A stretch of DNA of 64,000 nucleotides from contig JADEYG010000012.1 of the NCBI GenBank assembly GCA_016906335.1, positions 992,001-1,056,000 of the forward strand, read 5' to 3'. Made by a program: the position numbers and the translations under genes. This document shows positions 48,523 through 61,423 of this stretch, piece by piece; positions within the stretch are counted from its first letter, which is position 1, and every line of letters starts with the position of its first letter. The DNA comes from Novakomyces olei. Its lineage: Eukaryota. The notes below the pieces were generated by a model, which was not told where the DNA came from, searched no databases, and was given only the letters and a program-made list of their open reading frames with translations.

Positions 48523-50708
48523 ATGAAGTGGCACGAGTACGAGTACGATGCGGCTTTTAGGTAAGTGCAAGACGAAATTTTAGCATTGTATAAACCTGAT
48601 CTGACCACGCGATTTGGATAGATGCGCTACTGATCGGCCGGTGGATACGGCTGCCGTTGAAGCAGTAGTTAAACGTGCTTTGGGGAAGCGTGTGACTCGT
48701 GTCGCGGTTGTGCAGAGCACAGACCGTCAAGTATGCATTGGACTGCTTTTAGATGCCACAGCGGCCGCAAGTATTGTGGATCTTGGCCCAAATTCTACGG
48801 AAACAGATGGCATTAAAGAATACAAAAAGTTTTGGGGCGGCCGATCAGAGCTGCGTCGGTTTCGCAACGGCGAGATTCGGGAAAGTGTGGTTTGGGAAAC
48901 TGTTAGGGGCGATCACGTAGTGCAAGATATTGTTCGCTACATTCTGCGCGTACATTTCCCCCAATTGAAGATCGAAACGGTATGGGGCTTTGCGTACAGG
49001 GCCTTTTTACAGCAGCCAACGAGCGGTACACATGGAGATTTTGCGTCTGTCATGGCGGGCTTTGACGAAATTGCCAAAATTATTCGCAATGTCCGTGATC
49101 TCCCGCTAAGCATTGCTGGTGTAACCGGAACGGGATCGGCATTAAGGTACACTAGTGTTATTATTCCCGGAGACAGGCCATCGTCTCCAGCGGATGCGGT
49201 AGTGCACTTTGAGTCCTCACCCCGTTGGCCACGGGACTTGCGGGCCCTGCAAAGAGTAAAGACATCCCTGCTCATTGAACTGGGAAGAGCAATTGAGCGA
49301 AATCCTGAGATTAGAGCAGTTACAGTTGGGCGAGAAAATGAGCATAATGATGTCGCAAATGCAACTTTTCTACAAGTTGAATCTGCCTCTGCAGCTCCAC
49401 TATGTATACGGTTCCGCCTGTGCGTGGAGCAAGAGCGAATTTTGCTTCAGCAAGCGCTGCGTGGTCGTCGGAGTCAGTTGACCCGGGCGGAAAGGAACTT
49501 GGCCCGTGAAGCTTTAGCCGTATGGGAAGAGCATTTTGAAGGTAGAGTACGGCATGCACGTGCCTTGCAAAGACTGTGTCAGCACTTCCCCGCCTTATCC
49601 CCGAGTGTAAGGCTGGTCAAACAGTTTTTTGCTCATCAGCTCATGTCCCGTGCCCTCACTGAGGAAGCAGTGGAATTATTAGTGGCTAAAGTCTTTGTTG
49701 ACGGACCGAGTTCATGCTCTCCACCGGGCAGTATGGCCTCCGGGTTTGTACGGGCCATACGCAGTATTGCTCAATGGGACTGGCCACACAGTGCAATGTT
49801 TGTTCCCTTACAGGAGGCAGATAACGATGGAGGAGTCGTAGAGGATTATAATAGCAATAGCGACAATGAAGGACAGGAAGAGGAAGCCAAACTTGGGTCT
49901 TGTGTATATAGAGCAGAAGAAAAGGAAGCACAGCACAGGTTTCGTGCAGTGCGGCGGCAGGATCCTTACATGGAACATTTCACAATGTTAATAGCCAGCC
50001 CTCTTGATCCTTCAGGGCTCTATTGGACAGAGCGTTGCCGACGTCCTTCAAAGATGGTTGCTAATCGTATTACACAGCTGTGCCGTTCATCACGGGAGGT
50101 TGCCGTAGTGAATCCAGAGGTGGGTCTCGCAAACATGAGAACAGTGATATAACCTGGTTCTATGCTAACCTGCCAGGTCTGCTTCCGAGCCGATGTGTCC
50201 CCATATGATCTTGTTATCCACTTGAATCCACGGGAAGACCCGTATTCCTGGCAAAGCGAGCTTGTGTCAATTGGGGACAAGGATACAGCAATGACGACGG
50301 GCAAACGCAAGTTTCGAAACCTTGAATTAGCAGCTTCTACTCAGGGAGCCGGTTATGATCCGATGGGCAGTTTTGTGCAAGATCTAGTAGTAAGTGTCTA
50401 TGCTTGTTATTGATTTGTCGGTTTTTCCAATACTCATAATTAAGGCTTGCTACGGTGCCGCAATGACCTTCTTCCATAATTCTCAGGGCGGCAACGTTGT
50501 TGGAGTCGTGTGCCAGCCACGGATTCTCTCTCCACACAAATTTCGACCGGGCCTACCTTACTCGACAGAGCCTTACAAAGACCCAACTCGTGATGATGGA
50601 GAAGAGCAGCTTGTTCGCGCAAATATGAAGGCAATGCTGGCCGAGATTGAACGTATCGGTGGCAGTCTCGTCACCCGCATTGATATCCAGAATTCTGCCT
50701 TGTTTTAG
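48523..50708 (+). CDS. UTP22: Utp22/Nrap (NOL6), C-terminal portion only, 670 aa. Exons 48523-48560, 48622-50119, 50177-50389, 50445-50708
   Basis: KRALGKRV, VDLGP..KFWGGRSELRRFRNGEIRESVVW, LPLSI..SALRYTS, FESSPRWPRDL, FPALSPSVRLVKQFF, EEAVELLVA, YDLVIHL, AMLAEIERIGGSLV. Exon lengths sum to 2013 nt. Confidence 0.9.
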
Positions 50709-51005
50709 GCATGTATGAAAAGTAGAAGAGTTCATTTATAGAGAAATATGTTTTTAAAAAATACAAATACGCTATATATATATATATATACAATAGACGC
50801 GTCTAGTCAGACACAGTGTACACGTTTTCATGCTCCAACAGTTTGAAAAGACGCTTGACCTATTAACCCTAATATCTCTGACGCATGTTTGTGACCCGTC
50901 GCCAGTATTGCTCTCGCATCGTCACCAACAAGCACGAGATCAGCCGTGAAAGCAAAAATTAATACCATTTCAGAATCTAGACTTGCTTCCCACCACAGTC
51001 GGGCG

Positions 51006-51656
51006 TTACGGGTTCAACGCCCCACCTTTTAAGCCATCTGTAAAGCCCATTTTCAAACCTCCAAAACTGCCAGCATTAGTTACTGTGTGGTATTACACTC
51101 GTGTACGAACCATTCCGTGTCCCGGAACAGTGCCATCGGCAATCCATACGCTCCAGGCTCTCATCCGGCTGGCCAGCATTATATCCGTGAAAAGCCGGTC
51201 GCCAATCACGCAAATATTACCCGCGTGCGTAACGATGCCTCGTGACTTTAGGTCCTCAAGGATCTCTGTTCCGCACAGTGGTTTTTGCCGCGAGTGTAAA
51301 AGGACGCGTGAGCCAGTATCGCGTTCCACGCGTTCCGCTAGTTCGCGTCCTTGTTTACGCGTCAAGGACCCAGCAGTGTTACTTACTATTACGACATGGT
51401 AATCGCGTTGCAAGTCGGCAAAGCGAGCTCTGTAGCGCGGGAACACTGCCGTCGCATGCGGCTCGGCAAAGCAATTGTCCTTGTCTAAGACTACGGCCCG
51501 AATATCGGGTCGGAGGAGAGACCGAGAGCCCGCGGCAAGCGCTGACGGCAGATCAGACGGTAATTGGTCGAATGTGCGTACAGACAAATTGGGGACAATG
51601 AGCGCAGGCTTTGCTAGCGCTTGTAATGCCACCAGCGCAGCAGCAACGTTTGTCAT
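51006..51656 (-). CDS. GEP4: Mitochondrial phosphatidylglycerophosphatase (HAD family). Exons 51656-51111, 51066-51006
   Basis: AVVLDKDNCF, IVSNTAGS, HSRQKP, VIGDRLFTDI. Spliced C-terminus FWRFENGLYRWLKRWALNP*. Confidence 0.92.
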
Positions 51657-53671
51657 GAGACCGTTGTGGGGTATTTTTATTATTAAATGGTGATTTCTCG
51701 AAATACATGTACTGAGAAATACTATATATCGAAATAGATATTGAGAAATATTATATATTGAGAAATAGAAATAGATATTGTATAGGAATATTGTATATTA
51801 TTGTAAACGAAAACTGCTCCTTGTTGCGTAGAGAAGAGTAAATATTATTGAGCAAAAGACGTTGAACTGAACTGTTGAATTGAAAAAGCGTTTGGAGAGA
51901 TGAGATTTATTCAAGTGTTGATCTATTTATACCTGATATCTATAATCTTAGTTTGTAGTCACCCATATCTTGGTTTATCTCTAACAAAAGATTTGTGTCT
52001 GCACTACACTTGCTGATTGTGCACGAAATAGGATTGACTTGATTGTATTCGCCAGTTGACGGTCCATAACGACCGTGTCTACAAACAGCGATCACGCGTT
52101 TGCGCCGTGTTTTTGGTGAGCGGCTGCAGCATTGCTTGTGCAGGATTTGAGAGCGCGCCCGGCAATTCTACTTTGCTCGTTTACACTGCACTCAAAAAAC
52201 TGCCTATTATAATTTGTTGCGCCAACTGCCGTTTCCGCTCAATTCTCTCGAATTAAACAATGGCCTAATACAGGTTGACTGTGATTTACGCAGTGTTTCC
52301 AGCTTGTGCCACTGCACTATCCCACACGAGTCCACAAGTCCAGGCTGGACCCATTAAATGTGCGCAGCGTCATACGCATCCAGGCCGGGAATCTGGGGCA
52401 ATAGACTATTGTAAGACTATCGTAGACTATCGTAATTTTAACGTGGACCGCTCGGACAAACACGCACGCTAATGGCACGTTTTTGCATTATTACGTAATC
52501 TAGATGCTTCCATGCCAGCCGTTGATTACATTACATAATTAATCCATGGCGTTTCTAAAATTTTTGGGCAATAAATCCAGTTGAATGCCGTCTCCATATT
52601 ATTTCCCTTTCTCACTAATTCCGTATTCGATCCTTCTATTCTGGTACTCGTCAATTCCATGGGAACAATACTGGAAAGAATTATTTCATGCGGGCCAGTG
52701 AGGAATGAACGGCTCTTGGCAGCAGTATTATGTACGAGCGTGGCGTATGGCATAAAAGTAATGTATAAAGTGGTAATGCATAAAGTCAGGCTCGTGCAGG
52801 TCAGGGAATAAATGTTTTTCTCCCGTTGTAGATAATCCAGCATACTCTCGTCGAAACACCGACGACCTGTGAGAGTGCGATTCAATGCAACAAGAATTGT
52901 AGCGACAAACGTGGCCGATAGCCAGTCGCCTTCATCCCTTGCATTCCACCCTCCTGATCCGATCGGTGCGAGCAGATTGCTCACGTATGGTAGAACTCAA
53001 TTTATTAATCGCAGCAATCGCGGATATTAAATATGCAAGACTGCTGTTTGCTTGTATGGAGATTGGCCAGTGTAGAAGGAAATAAATTATATCATACTCA
53101 ATAAAACAGCGCTAATTAATCGAAAGGGCAAGAAAATGTAGTGAAAAATAAAACCGCGAAAATTTCAGTGTCCGTTTGAGCTGCGCACCGGCGACACAGA
53201 TATGGAATATTTCTCCCTCGCGCTATACTTTTCCTTTAACTCGCCCTCTCCTATATTTACTTTGGTGGATTATAGCCGCTGTCTACTGTTGCCAAGCACC
53301 CCCGTTCCTTATTCCTGCGTACGTTAACGAGCTATAAATATACTAAAAATATACACACACACACAGGCCATAAACACTAAACTTGGTATCGCATAGTAAA
53401 GACAGATTAACGTGTATACATTTATACACAGAATATATTCTTTATATACACAAAACATATATTTATATATACACAAAGCATACATATATCTATATAAATT
53501 TGTATACATGTATACATACATCTATGTATAAAACAAATACTGCCAATAGGTGCAGGCACAATTTAATAAAAATCACGATACATTGTACACTGTACACAAC
53601 CGCAGTCGATCTACCAGGTAGATGCTCGTTTCTCTCACATAATCAAAACCAAAGCTCTGCTTGCTGAGGCA

Positions 53672-56146
53672 ATGGATCCCTTTGAGGATCCGTCTGAAGC
53701 CTCGGCGGCTTCGTCGTCGACTGGAAACGGCCCGTTTACACACTCTCACCATTCGAATATACGGAACGACTCGCCTTCAGGGCGGCGTCGATCCTCCTCG
53801 AACGGTGTAAGCTTCTCCAGCTCCTCTGGATCGCTGCCTCTGCAGGCAGCAAATGCGGCTCAGCTTCCAAACACTCGGCAAAGCAGCAGCGGACTCTCAC
53901 AGGCAGTGAACAGCGGCCAAGCCTCGGCGGCCGAGTACTCTCAGCGGAAGCGTGTCAGCACTGGATCAAAGTCTATTCCCACTTTCTCGCCCACTTCCTT
54001 CTCTCCAATCCTCTCCTCCTCTCCACGCGCGTCCCCACGGCTCAACAGGGGGTCTTCTCCGGGCGCGTTCCACTCCACTGTCCCGGCTGGCTCACGCAGC
54101 CGCGTCGAGTCGGGCTCATACAATAACAATAACGGCAGTAGCAGTGGGAACAATGGAGCCGGTAGTTCGAGCGGCGGGTACGGAGAGCTGCACGCTTCTC
54201 ACTCGGAAAACTCGTTTCGAAACTCGTTTGGTGGAGAGTTTGATCGGTACCCGCGGTCGGCGTCGGGAACGGCTCCGTTTACTCAGCCGTCTTCGAGAGC
54301 AAACTCTCTACGCTTAACCGGTCCAGGACAGAGGGACGCTTCGTTTGACTCGGCCCACTCGCTGCTACTAGCTACAAATAATAACAACAATAACAATAAC
54401 AATTATAATAATAATTATAATAATAATATTAATAATATTAATAACGGCAATGGCAATGGCAATGGCAATGGCAATGGCAATGGCAATGGCAATGGCAATG
54501 GCAATGGCAATGGCAATGGCAAGGGCAACAGGCTCGTTTCCAGCGGTGGCGGTGATGAAAAAGCCGGATTAATGCAAAATATTTATGGAGTGCCCAATCT
54601 GTCCGATACCGGAGAACTGACGGTGGATGTGAACGAGAAAGAGGAGGACGATGCCCTCCACGATCCTCGAGCAGACTACCCCTACCGGGACAGAGAGAGC
54701 CGGGTGGGCTGGCGTGCTGTTGCCAATATTGGCGTACTGGCTATCCTTTTGGCCGGAGCAATGACGCTCTTTGTGGTCTGGCCGGCTCTCACGTTTACGG
54801 GCAACACTGCCGCTGATGTTACCTACAGAGACCGCAATAGACCAAACCCAAACGCTACCCTTGCAGACCACGCTCTGACTCACCATGAAGCTGACAACTT
54901 TCGAGGTCTTCGCACCAATTTGATTGATCCGGATACGCCGCAAAGTGCGTATACTCGGCAATCCATTAACGGAGGCAAAACGTACAATCTTGTGTTCTCT
55001 GACGAGTTTGAAAAAGAAGGCCGGTCCTTTTATGCTGGGGATGATCCGTACTGGGAGGCAGTGGATCTGTGGTACGGAGCAACTGAAGATTTGGAGTGGT
55101 ACACTCCTGATGCCGTTACTACTGGCAATGGCACTTTACAGATATCCATTGATGCTTTCCGTAACCACAACCTCGATTTCCGGTCGGGCATGGTCCAGTC
55201 GTGGAACAAGATGTGCTTTACCGGTGGCATTATAGAGATATCGGCCAGCCTGCCTGGCAGAGGCGATGTCCTGGGGCTCTGGCCTGGTCTATGGACCCTC
55301 GGCAACCTGGCCCGGCCGGGGTACAGGGGCACATCAGAGGGTCTTTGGCCGTACGCTTACGACTCGTGCGATGCCGGAATCACACCGAACCAGTCTTCTC
55401 CCGATGGAGTGTCCCATCTGCCAGGGCAGCGTCTGCCCTCGTGTACGTGTGAGGGCGAGGACCACCCGAGCCCTGGCCGGGGCCGTGGAGCACCCGAGAT
55501 TGATATTATAGAGGGAACCGTGGCCGGCTATAGCCCGGAGGGCAACAAGACAGGTGTGGCCTCCCAATCCTTCCAACTGGCTCCAATGGATCCTTTTTGG
55601 TACGTTAATTACGACTATGTTGCCATCTACAATCAATCGATTACGCAGATGAACACTTGGACGGGAGGACCGTTGCAGCAAGCAGCCTCGGGAGCCACTA
55701 CGCTAAACACACGCTGGTACGATGGCCAAGAGTACCAAAAGTACAGTTTTGATTACCAGCCGGGAGGCGCTAACGGTAGCGTTACCTGGTACGTTGGTGA
55801 TGATCCAGCTTGGACACTTGCGGGGGCAGCAATGGGACCGAATGGTAATGTAGGACAGCGTATAGTCTCCCCAGAACCAATGAGTGTCATCATGAATGTT
55901 GGCATATCGACTTCATGGGTCTACATTGACTTTCCCTCGCTCGAGTTTCCCTCAACCATGTACATCGACTACGTACGGATCTACCAGGACCCGGACAGAG
56001 TGAGCGTTACCTGCGATCCGCCCGATTACCCGACGTACGATTACATCCAGCAGCATCCTTTGGTCTACCAAAACCCGAATTATACGCAGTTTGAGGATGC
56101 TGGGTACACGTGGCCAAGGAATAGTTTAATGCACGGTTGCTCTTGA
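53672..56146 (+). CDS. KRE6: Beta-1,6-glucan synthesis protein Kre6/Skn1 (GH16-like, type II membrane protein)
   Basis: EEDDALHDP, a single TM segment, LIDPDTP, LVFSDEF, DLEWYTPDA, SGMVQSWNKMCF, WPGLWTLGNLARPGY, RGAPEIDIIE, IDYVRIYQ. Confidence 0.95.
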   Translation: MDPFEDPSEASAASSSTGNGPFTHSHHSNIRNDSPSGRRRSSSNGVSFSSSSGSLPLQAANAAQLPNTRQSSSGLSQAVNSGQASAAEYSQRKRVSTGSKSIPTFSPTSFSPILSSSPRASPRLNRGSSPGAFHSTVPAGSRSRVESGSYNNNNGSSSGNNGAGSSSGGYGELHASHSENSFRNSFGGEFDRYPRSASGTAPFTQPSSRANSLRLTGPGQRDASFDSAHSLLLATNNNNNNNNNYNNNYNNNINNINNGNGNGNGNGNGNGNGNGNGNGNGNGKGNRLVSSGGGDEKAGLMQNIYGVPNLSDTGELTVDVNEKEEDDALHDPRADYPYRDRESRVGWRAVANIGVLAILLAGAMTLFVVWPALTFTGNTAADVTYRDRNRPNPNATLADHALTHHEADNFRGLRTNLIDPDTPQSAYTRQSINGGKTYNLVFSDEFEKEGRSFYAGDDPYWEAVDLWYGATEDLEWYTPDAVTTGNGTLQISIDAFRNHNLDFRSGMVQSWNKMCFTGGIIEISASLPGRGDVLGLWPGLWTLGNLARPGYRGTSEGLWPYAYDSCDAGITPNQSSPDGVSHLPGQRLPSCTCEGEDHPSPGRGRGAPEIDIIEGTVAGYSPEGNKTGVASQSFQLAPMDPFWYVNYDYVAIYNQSITQMNTWTGGPLQQAASGATTLNTRWYDGQEYQKYSFDYQPGGANGSVTWYVGDDPAWTLAGAAMGPNGNVGQRIVSPEPMSVIMNVGISTSWVYIDFPSLEFPSTMYIDYVRIYQDPDRVSVTCDPPDYPTYDYIQQHPLVYQNPNYTQFEDAGYTWPRNSLMHGCS
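54376..54520 (+). repeat. Coding (AAY)n tract followed by (GGCAAT) x~12, giving poly-Asn and (Gly-Asn)n
   Basis: Direct observation within the KRE6 cytosolic N-terminus. Confidence 0.9.
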
Positions 56147-57064
56147 TTAGTTTTGTGTGTTTGTGTTTTTTTTTGTTTTTTTTTTTGCTGTTGTTATTGT
56201 GTTTTAACCAGGTATTTTTAGTTTTTATATTGTTTTTGTATAGTTTTCAGTTTTATTTTAGTTTTGACTATTTTTCATTCTATTTACATGATTATGCAAA
56301 GTCAAACAGGGTTTACGGGTTAAATTGCATTCATTGGCCCTTTTTATTTCATCGTCTGCTGGTCTCTAATAGACTGGTAGACCCTCGTTATTTTACTCGA
56401 CAATCGCGTATATTTGTTCTTGTACTATTTGCAATTTAGTTTTTAACGAAATTCTAAATTTATTTTGATTCATTTGTTTTATTTTGCTTTGTGTTTTAAT
56501 AGTTTCCTTCCATACTCATATACATTTGTTCATTACGTTTTGTGTTTTACATTCATGCCGGCAGTATTTGGCCGGTATCGGGATCAAGGTGGAGAAATGA
56601 ACGCAGAAAAAGTTGATCGAGATCGATTCGTGGAAATCTCGACTGTAACGCTATAATTATACAAAACAAAGTTCGCTTTTGGGGTTGAGATGACTCGTTC
56701 AATCTGAACAGGTCGTAAATGGCGTGGTGCATAATAGAAATATTGCCATGTCATTTAGGAGTCTCATCAATATCCAAGGGTTCGTGTTGAAACTACTCGA
56801 AAGAAAATTAGGTAGCTTACGATTTAATATATTGTTTCACGACTGCTTGTTTTTTGATGCGTACAAATCCGTAATCCGTAATTGTGACGCTCACTATGCA
56901 GGCACAAATGCTCGATACCGTTATATATATAAACAATTAATTTCTTTATTAACGCCGCTAATAAATTCATGCAAACTGAGTTTTAATCCTAATGCTGATG
57001 ATAACTAAAAGCCGAGTGATGATAAATTAAAACAAAATTAATCGAAGATTAATCGAAATCGAAA

Positions 57065-58157
57065 TCAAACAGAAGTGGAACCGCCCTTTCTCCGCCGCGA
57101 CTGCTCTCTATCAATCTGAAGAAGCGCACGAAGTGCATCCGTCTCGAGCAAAGAGCATCCAAGTATATCTGCCGCCTTGCATACCTCATCGCGCCCTATT
57201 AATGGCCGCAAGTCCTCGTCATAGTCAGAGTTTTGCTTCGTACCGTACAACTCGTCCAATTCAAAGTTCTTTTCATAGTCTATTGCCTTGTGATCCAGTA
57301 AAAATTGGATATGCTCGCTTCCCTTCATTGCTATATTGATAAACATAAACAACTATTCCTAATAATAGAGAGTGTAGAGCTTTACCTTTCCAGTGCGACC
57401 AAGCGCGGTAGAGCAAATAAAACCCTGGCAAGTTGGGCAGAATTGGAATAAGTCCTATGGGCGCGACTATAGGCAGCCCTGCAAGAGACCACCAAAGACG
57501 TGATAAATGGAAAGAACGACGTTGCGCAAGCTCGGCCAGGGTTGCATTCACAGCTTCAGGCTTTATTAGTCCGGGGTGCACAAGCCGGATCTACCATTTT
57601 GTCAGTATTGGTAAAGTATCCGGAGAAAGATCATACCTTATTGGCCACATTAAAAGTGCCATCGGTCCATTTCTTCCAGTTAGTAATTGCACTATCTTGC
57701 TTTTCACGCGTTTTGCTGTCAAGTCCAGTTTGGCTTTTTGCTCATGCTTTTTCAGTTTGATTTACTGATTTGATTGAATTCAATTTTGGTTATTCGATTT
57801 TGGTTATTTGATTTTGTTTATTTTTTAAAAACGAACCCCATAAGTGCCGGCATCGAGCAAAGGCAGAGACTTTAAAGCGTACTCCTTGTGCGGCACGTTT
57901 TGCATAACCCTATTCCCCACAGTTGTGCATTTACGTTTCCATGTCCCGCTTCGTTCCCACTGAACCCATTTGCGATTCGTGTTGTCGACTATCCGATCGT
58001 GCAGGGCCATTGGGGTTTTCAATAGCGCAATCCATTCTGACCAGGGAGTTTTACGTGGCAGTGCTGTAGCTGAATCAGCTACTGATGCTGCGCGTTGGTA
58101 CACGACCAGTGTCGTGCTCGCTGCCAGCGGCATACATATTAACTGCCGCGGGCCCAT
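57065..58157 (-). CDS. Mitochondrial K+/H+ exchange-related protein (Mit_KHE1/YDL183C family). Exons 58157-57837, 57672-57637, 57590-57386, 57330-57065
   Basis: WVQWE..WKRK...GNRVMQNVPHKEYALKSLP, H....WWSLAGLPIVAPIGLIPILPNLPGFYLLYRAWSHWK-AMKG. All three introns are GT..AG and preserve the frame. Confidence 0.85.
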
Positions 58158-58793
58158 TTAAGTCTTGCAAGTCTTGTCAAACGGCCATCAAGCTGTGGAG
58201 ACTTGCTGCGTCATACGGTGCGAAGCTTGCGTACTTTACATATAAAACATGTGTCAAAGGCGAGTTTTTTTATGTATTTGGCCTCGCGATAAATATGTAT
58301 GTGCAAAGTTTGAAATCGTTCATAGTTGACGCACTTTGGAATGTACTCTACTCTAACTTTATTAGTAATGCTGTGTCTTAATGTTAAGTCAGTTTGTAGT
58401 GTAGTTGAGGTTGTAGTGTAAGAGTAGTAGTGCAAAAGTGTACTGTATTGTAAACTTTGTTGTGCTTTGTAGCGCACTATAGTCTCCTATTTTTGTACAG
58501 CTCGTGTTTATTGTATAGAGAATCCGTGCTGTATACTATATTTGTAATAAATACTGGAAATTACGATCCTGAGAGGGCGGCCGTGCACTACAGACGCGGA
58601 CGGTGAGAGGAGTATTCGCCACTTTGAGGCACTGAGGCGGTCAGGAGGGTAACGCTGCCTTTCTCATAGACGCTGTCCCTAAAAATCGCGGTGTCCGGGA
58701 GAGTAAAATAAGAATACTTACTGGTACAATCGGCTAGTGTACCAGACGAGCAGCATTCGACCTTGTCATCTGTCCCTGGTGCTTGCAGTCAAG

Positions 58794-61423
58794 ATGGCTT
58801 CGAAAAGCGCATTGCCCAAACGTATGCTACAAACCTGACCTTTGTTCTTTGTATAGCTTTTTTGTTTTTTATATTGCTTTGCGTATTAGAGCGCTTATGT
58901 CTGTTTTTATGATCCCTCACGGTACTGCCTCCGCTTTTCCAGAGACTGTCCAATTCCCACCTCAATTTTTATTCTGATACTGACTGCTGTAGCTAGCGAC
59001 TTGAACGAGACGTAATCACGATTGCATATTAAAGGATACTGCATTACTAACCTGCAACTTCCAGATGGAACTACCTCGAAGCCGGTGTTACGCAAGTCGT
59101 TGAACACTTGGACGAAGGATTGAGCTATCAAAAGTATATGGAACTTTATACGTACGTAATCGATTGGGAATGAAATTTATTCATGTCTAACTGGTTCAGC
59201 GTGATCTACAACTATTGCACTCACAGTCGGAGCGGCGTCGATGCTGGAGGCGGAGGGCTCAGTAAAGGTGCGAATCTTATGGGCGGAGACTTGTATCAGT
59301 TGCTGGTAAAGTATTTCACCACACACTTGGCAAAGCTACGCAAGACAGTGGACCGCAACACGGACGAAGCCTTTGTCGTAGCCTACGATCAACAGTGGGA
59401 CCGTTTTACTACGGGGGCAACTTTTGTCCATCATCTTTTCAAGTACCTTAATCGGCACTGGGTCAAGCATGAGATTGAAGAGGGCAAATACTACATTCAT
59501 GATGTCTATACTCTAGCACTGCTGTGTTGGAAAACAGAACTTTTTCTACCCCTGAGCCAAAAGTTACAGGACTCGCTCTTTCGCATGATTGAACGCCAAC
59601 GTGACGGCGAAGTAATTCAAAACTCCCGGATCAAGGCCGCTGTTGATTCAATGGTGGCGTTGGGCATTGATGACTCGGCCGACCGGGGAATCAGTTCTTC
59701 AACTGCTTCCCAGGCTCATACTTCTGCTGCTGCTAATGGAGGAGATATCGGTGTCTATAAACAGCACTTTGAGCAGGGCTTTATTGCAGAAACAAAGGCT
59801 TATTACAAAAAGCAGTCGGAGCTGTTCCTGGCAGATAATACGCTAACTGAATACATGAAACGGGCAGAGCAGCGGCTGGCAGAAGAAGAAGCTCGGGTCA
59901 TATTATACCTGCATGAGTCTACCAGGACAACGTTGATGAAAACCTGTGAGCAAGTACTTATTGCTGACAACAAAGTCATATTGCAAGACCTTTTCACTCC
60001 CTTACTCGTCGGGGAAAAGTATGAGGATTTAGCCCGGAATTATGCGCTTTTGAGCTGTATTCCCAAGGATCTGGATATTTTGCGCAAACAGTTTGAAGAG
60101 CATGTGAAAGCTGTGGGCAATATTGCAGTAGAGAAGTGTGTGGGCGATACTGAAGGCCAGGACGCAACTGCAGTTGATCCAAAACTGTACGTTGATGCGT
60201 TATTGCAAGTTCATCACAAGTTTAATGGCCTTGTAAGCATGGCTTTCCAATCTGATGCGGGGTTTGCAAAGGCTCTAGACAACGCTTGTAGAGAATTTGT
60301 AAACAGAAACAAGGCGTGCCGCCAATCCTCAACGAAATCGCCCGATCTTTTGGCTCGCCGCTGTGATGCTCTATTGAAGCGAAACGCTCGTACCGCGGAG
60401 CCGGATGACTTGGAGGAATCGCTTAATAACGTTATTGTTATTTTCAAGTATATAGAGGACAAGGATGTATTTCAAAAATACTATGCTAAGGCACTGTCTA
60501 AACGGTTGGTTAATGCTACATCAGCGTCCGATGATGCTGAGACTAGCATGATTGCAAAGCTGAAAGAAATCTGTGGCTTTGAGTATACAAACAAGTTGCA
60601 ACGAATGTTCCAGGATATTGGAATCTCAAAGGATTTGAATGACGGATTTCGAACAGCACTGGACACGGGTGCTGGAGGTGGTAAAAAATACAAGTACGAT
60701 TTTAATATCCTCGTCTTGGCGACTTCTTTTTGGCCTCTGCAATCTTCGAGTTCTCCGTTCAATTTGCCACAGGAGCTGATGGCTCCAGTCGAAGAGTTTC
60801 AAAAGTTTTATGATCGTCGGCACTCGGGCCGCAAATTGAATTGGCTGATGCATCAGAGCAAAGGCGAGCTTAAAGTCAATTTTGCAAAGGCTTCAAGGGT
60901 CCCGTATACATTGCAGCTTTCTACTTATCAAATGGCAATTTTACTGGCATTTAACGAGTCGCTCGTGCAAACGTACGCCGACTTGTCCAAGCTTACCGGC
61001 CTCAATGATGTCATGCTGGCGGGCTCGTTAGAGCCGCTTGTTAAATCGCGCTTGCTTCTGGAACAAAAGTCTCCACAAATGGAACAGACGCGTTACGAAC
61101 TGAATCTGGAATTCAAGTCGAAAAAGATTCGGATGAATCTGAATGCACCGATTAAAGTCGAGCAAAAACAGGAGATTGATGAAACGAGCAAGACGATAGA
61201 AGAGGACCGTAAACTACTGGTACAATCAGCGATTGTACGAATCATGAAGGCGCGTAAAACCCTGAAGCACGTGGCTCTCGTGAACGAAACGATAAATCAG
61301 ATAAAGTCGCGATTTGCGCCAAAGATTCAAGACATCAAGCGGTCTATTGACATTCTTATTGAAAAGGAATACCTGGAACGTGTACCAAACAGTAAAGAAG
61401 CAGCATATTCATACCTTGCGTAG
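58794..61423 (+). CDS. CUL1: Cullin-1 (Cdc53/Pcu1). Exons 58794-58821, 58993-59011, 59065-59150, 59200-61423
   Basis: DLNETWNYLEAGV..YMELYT, YLNRHWVK, ALDNACREFVNRN, FKYIEDKDVFQKYY, CGFEYTNKLQRMFQD, HSGRKLNWL, neddylation motif IVRIMKARK, IEKEYLER. Confidence 0.96.
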
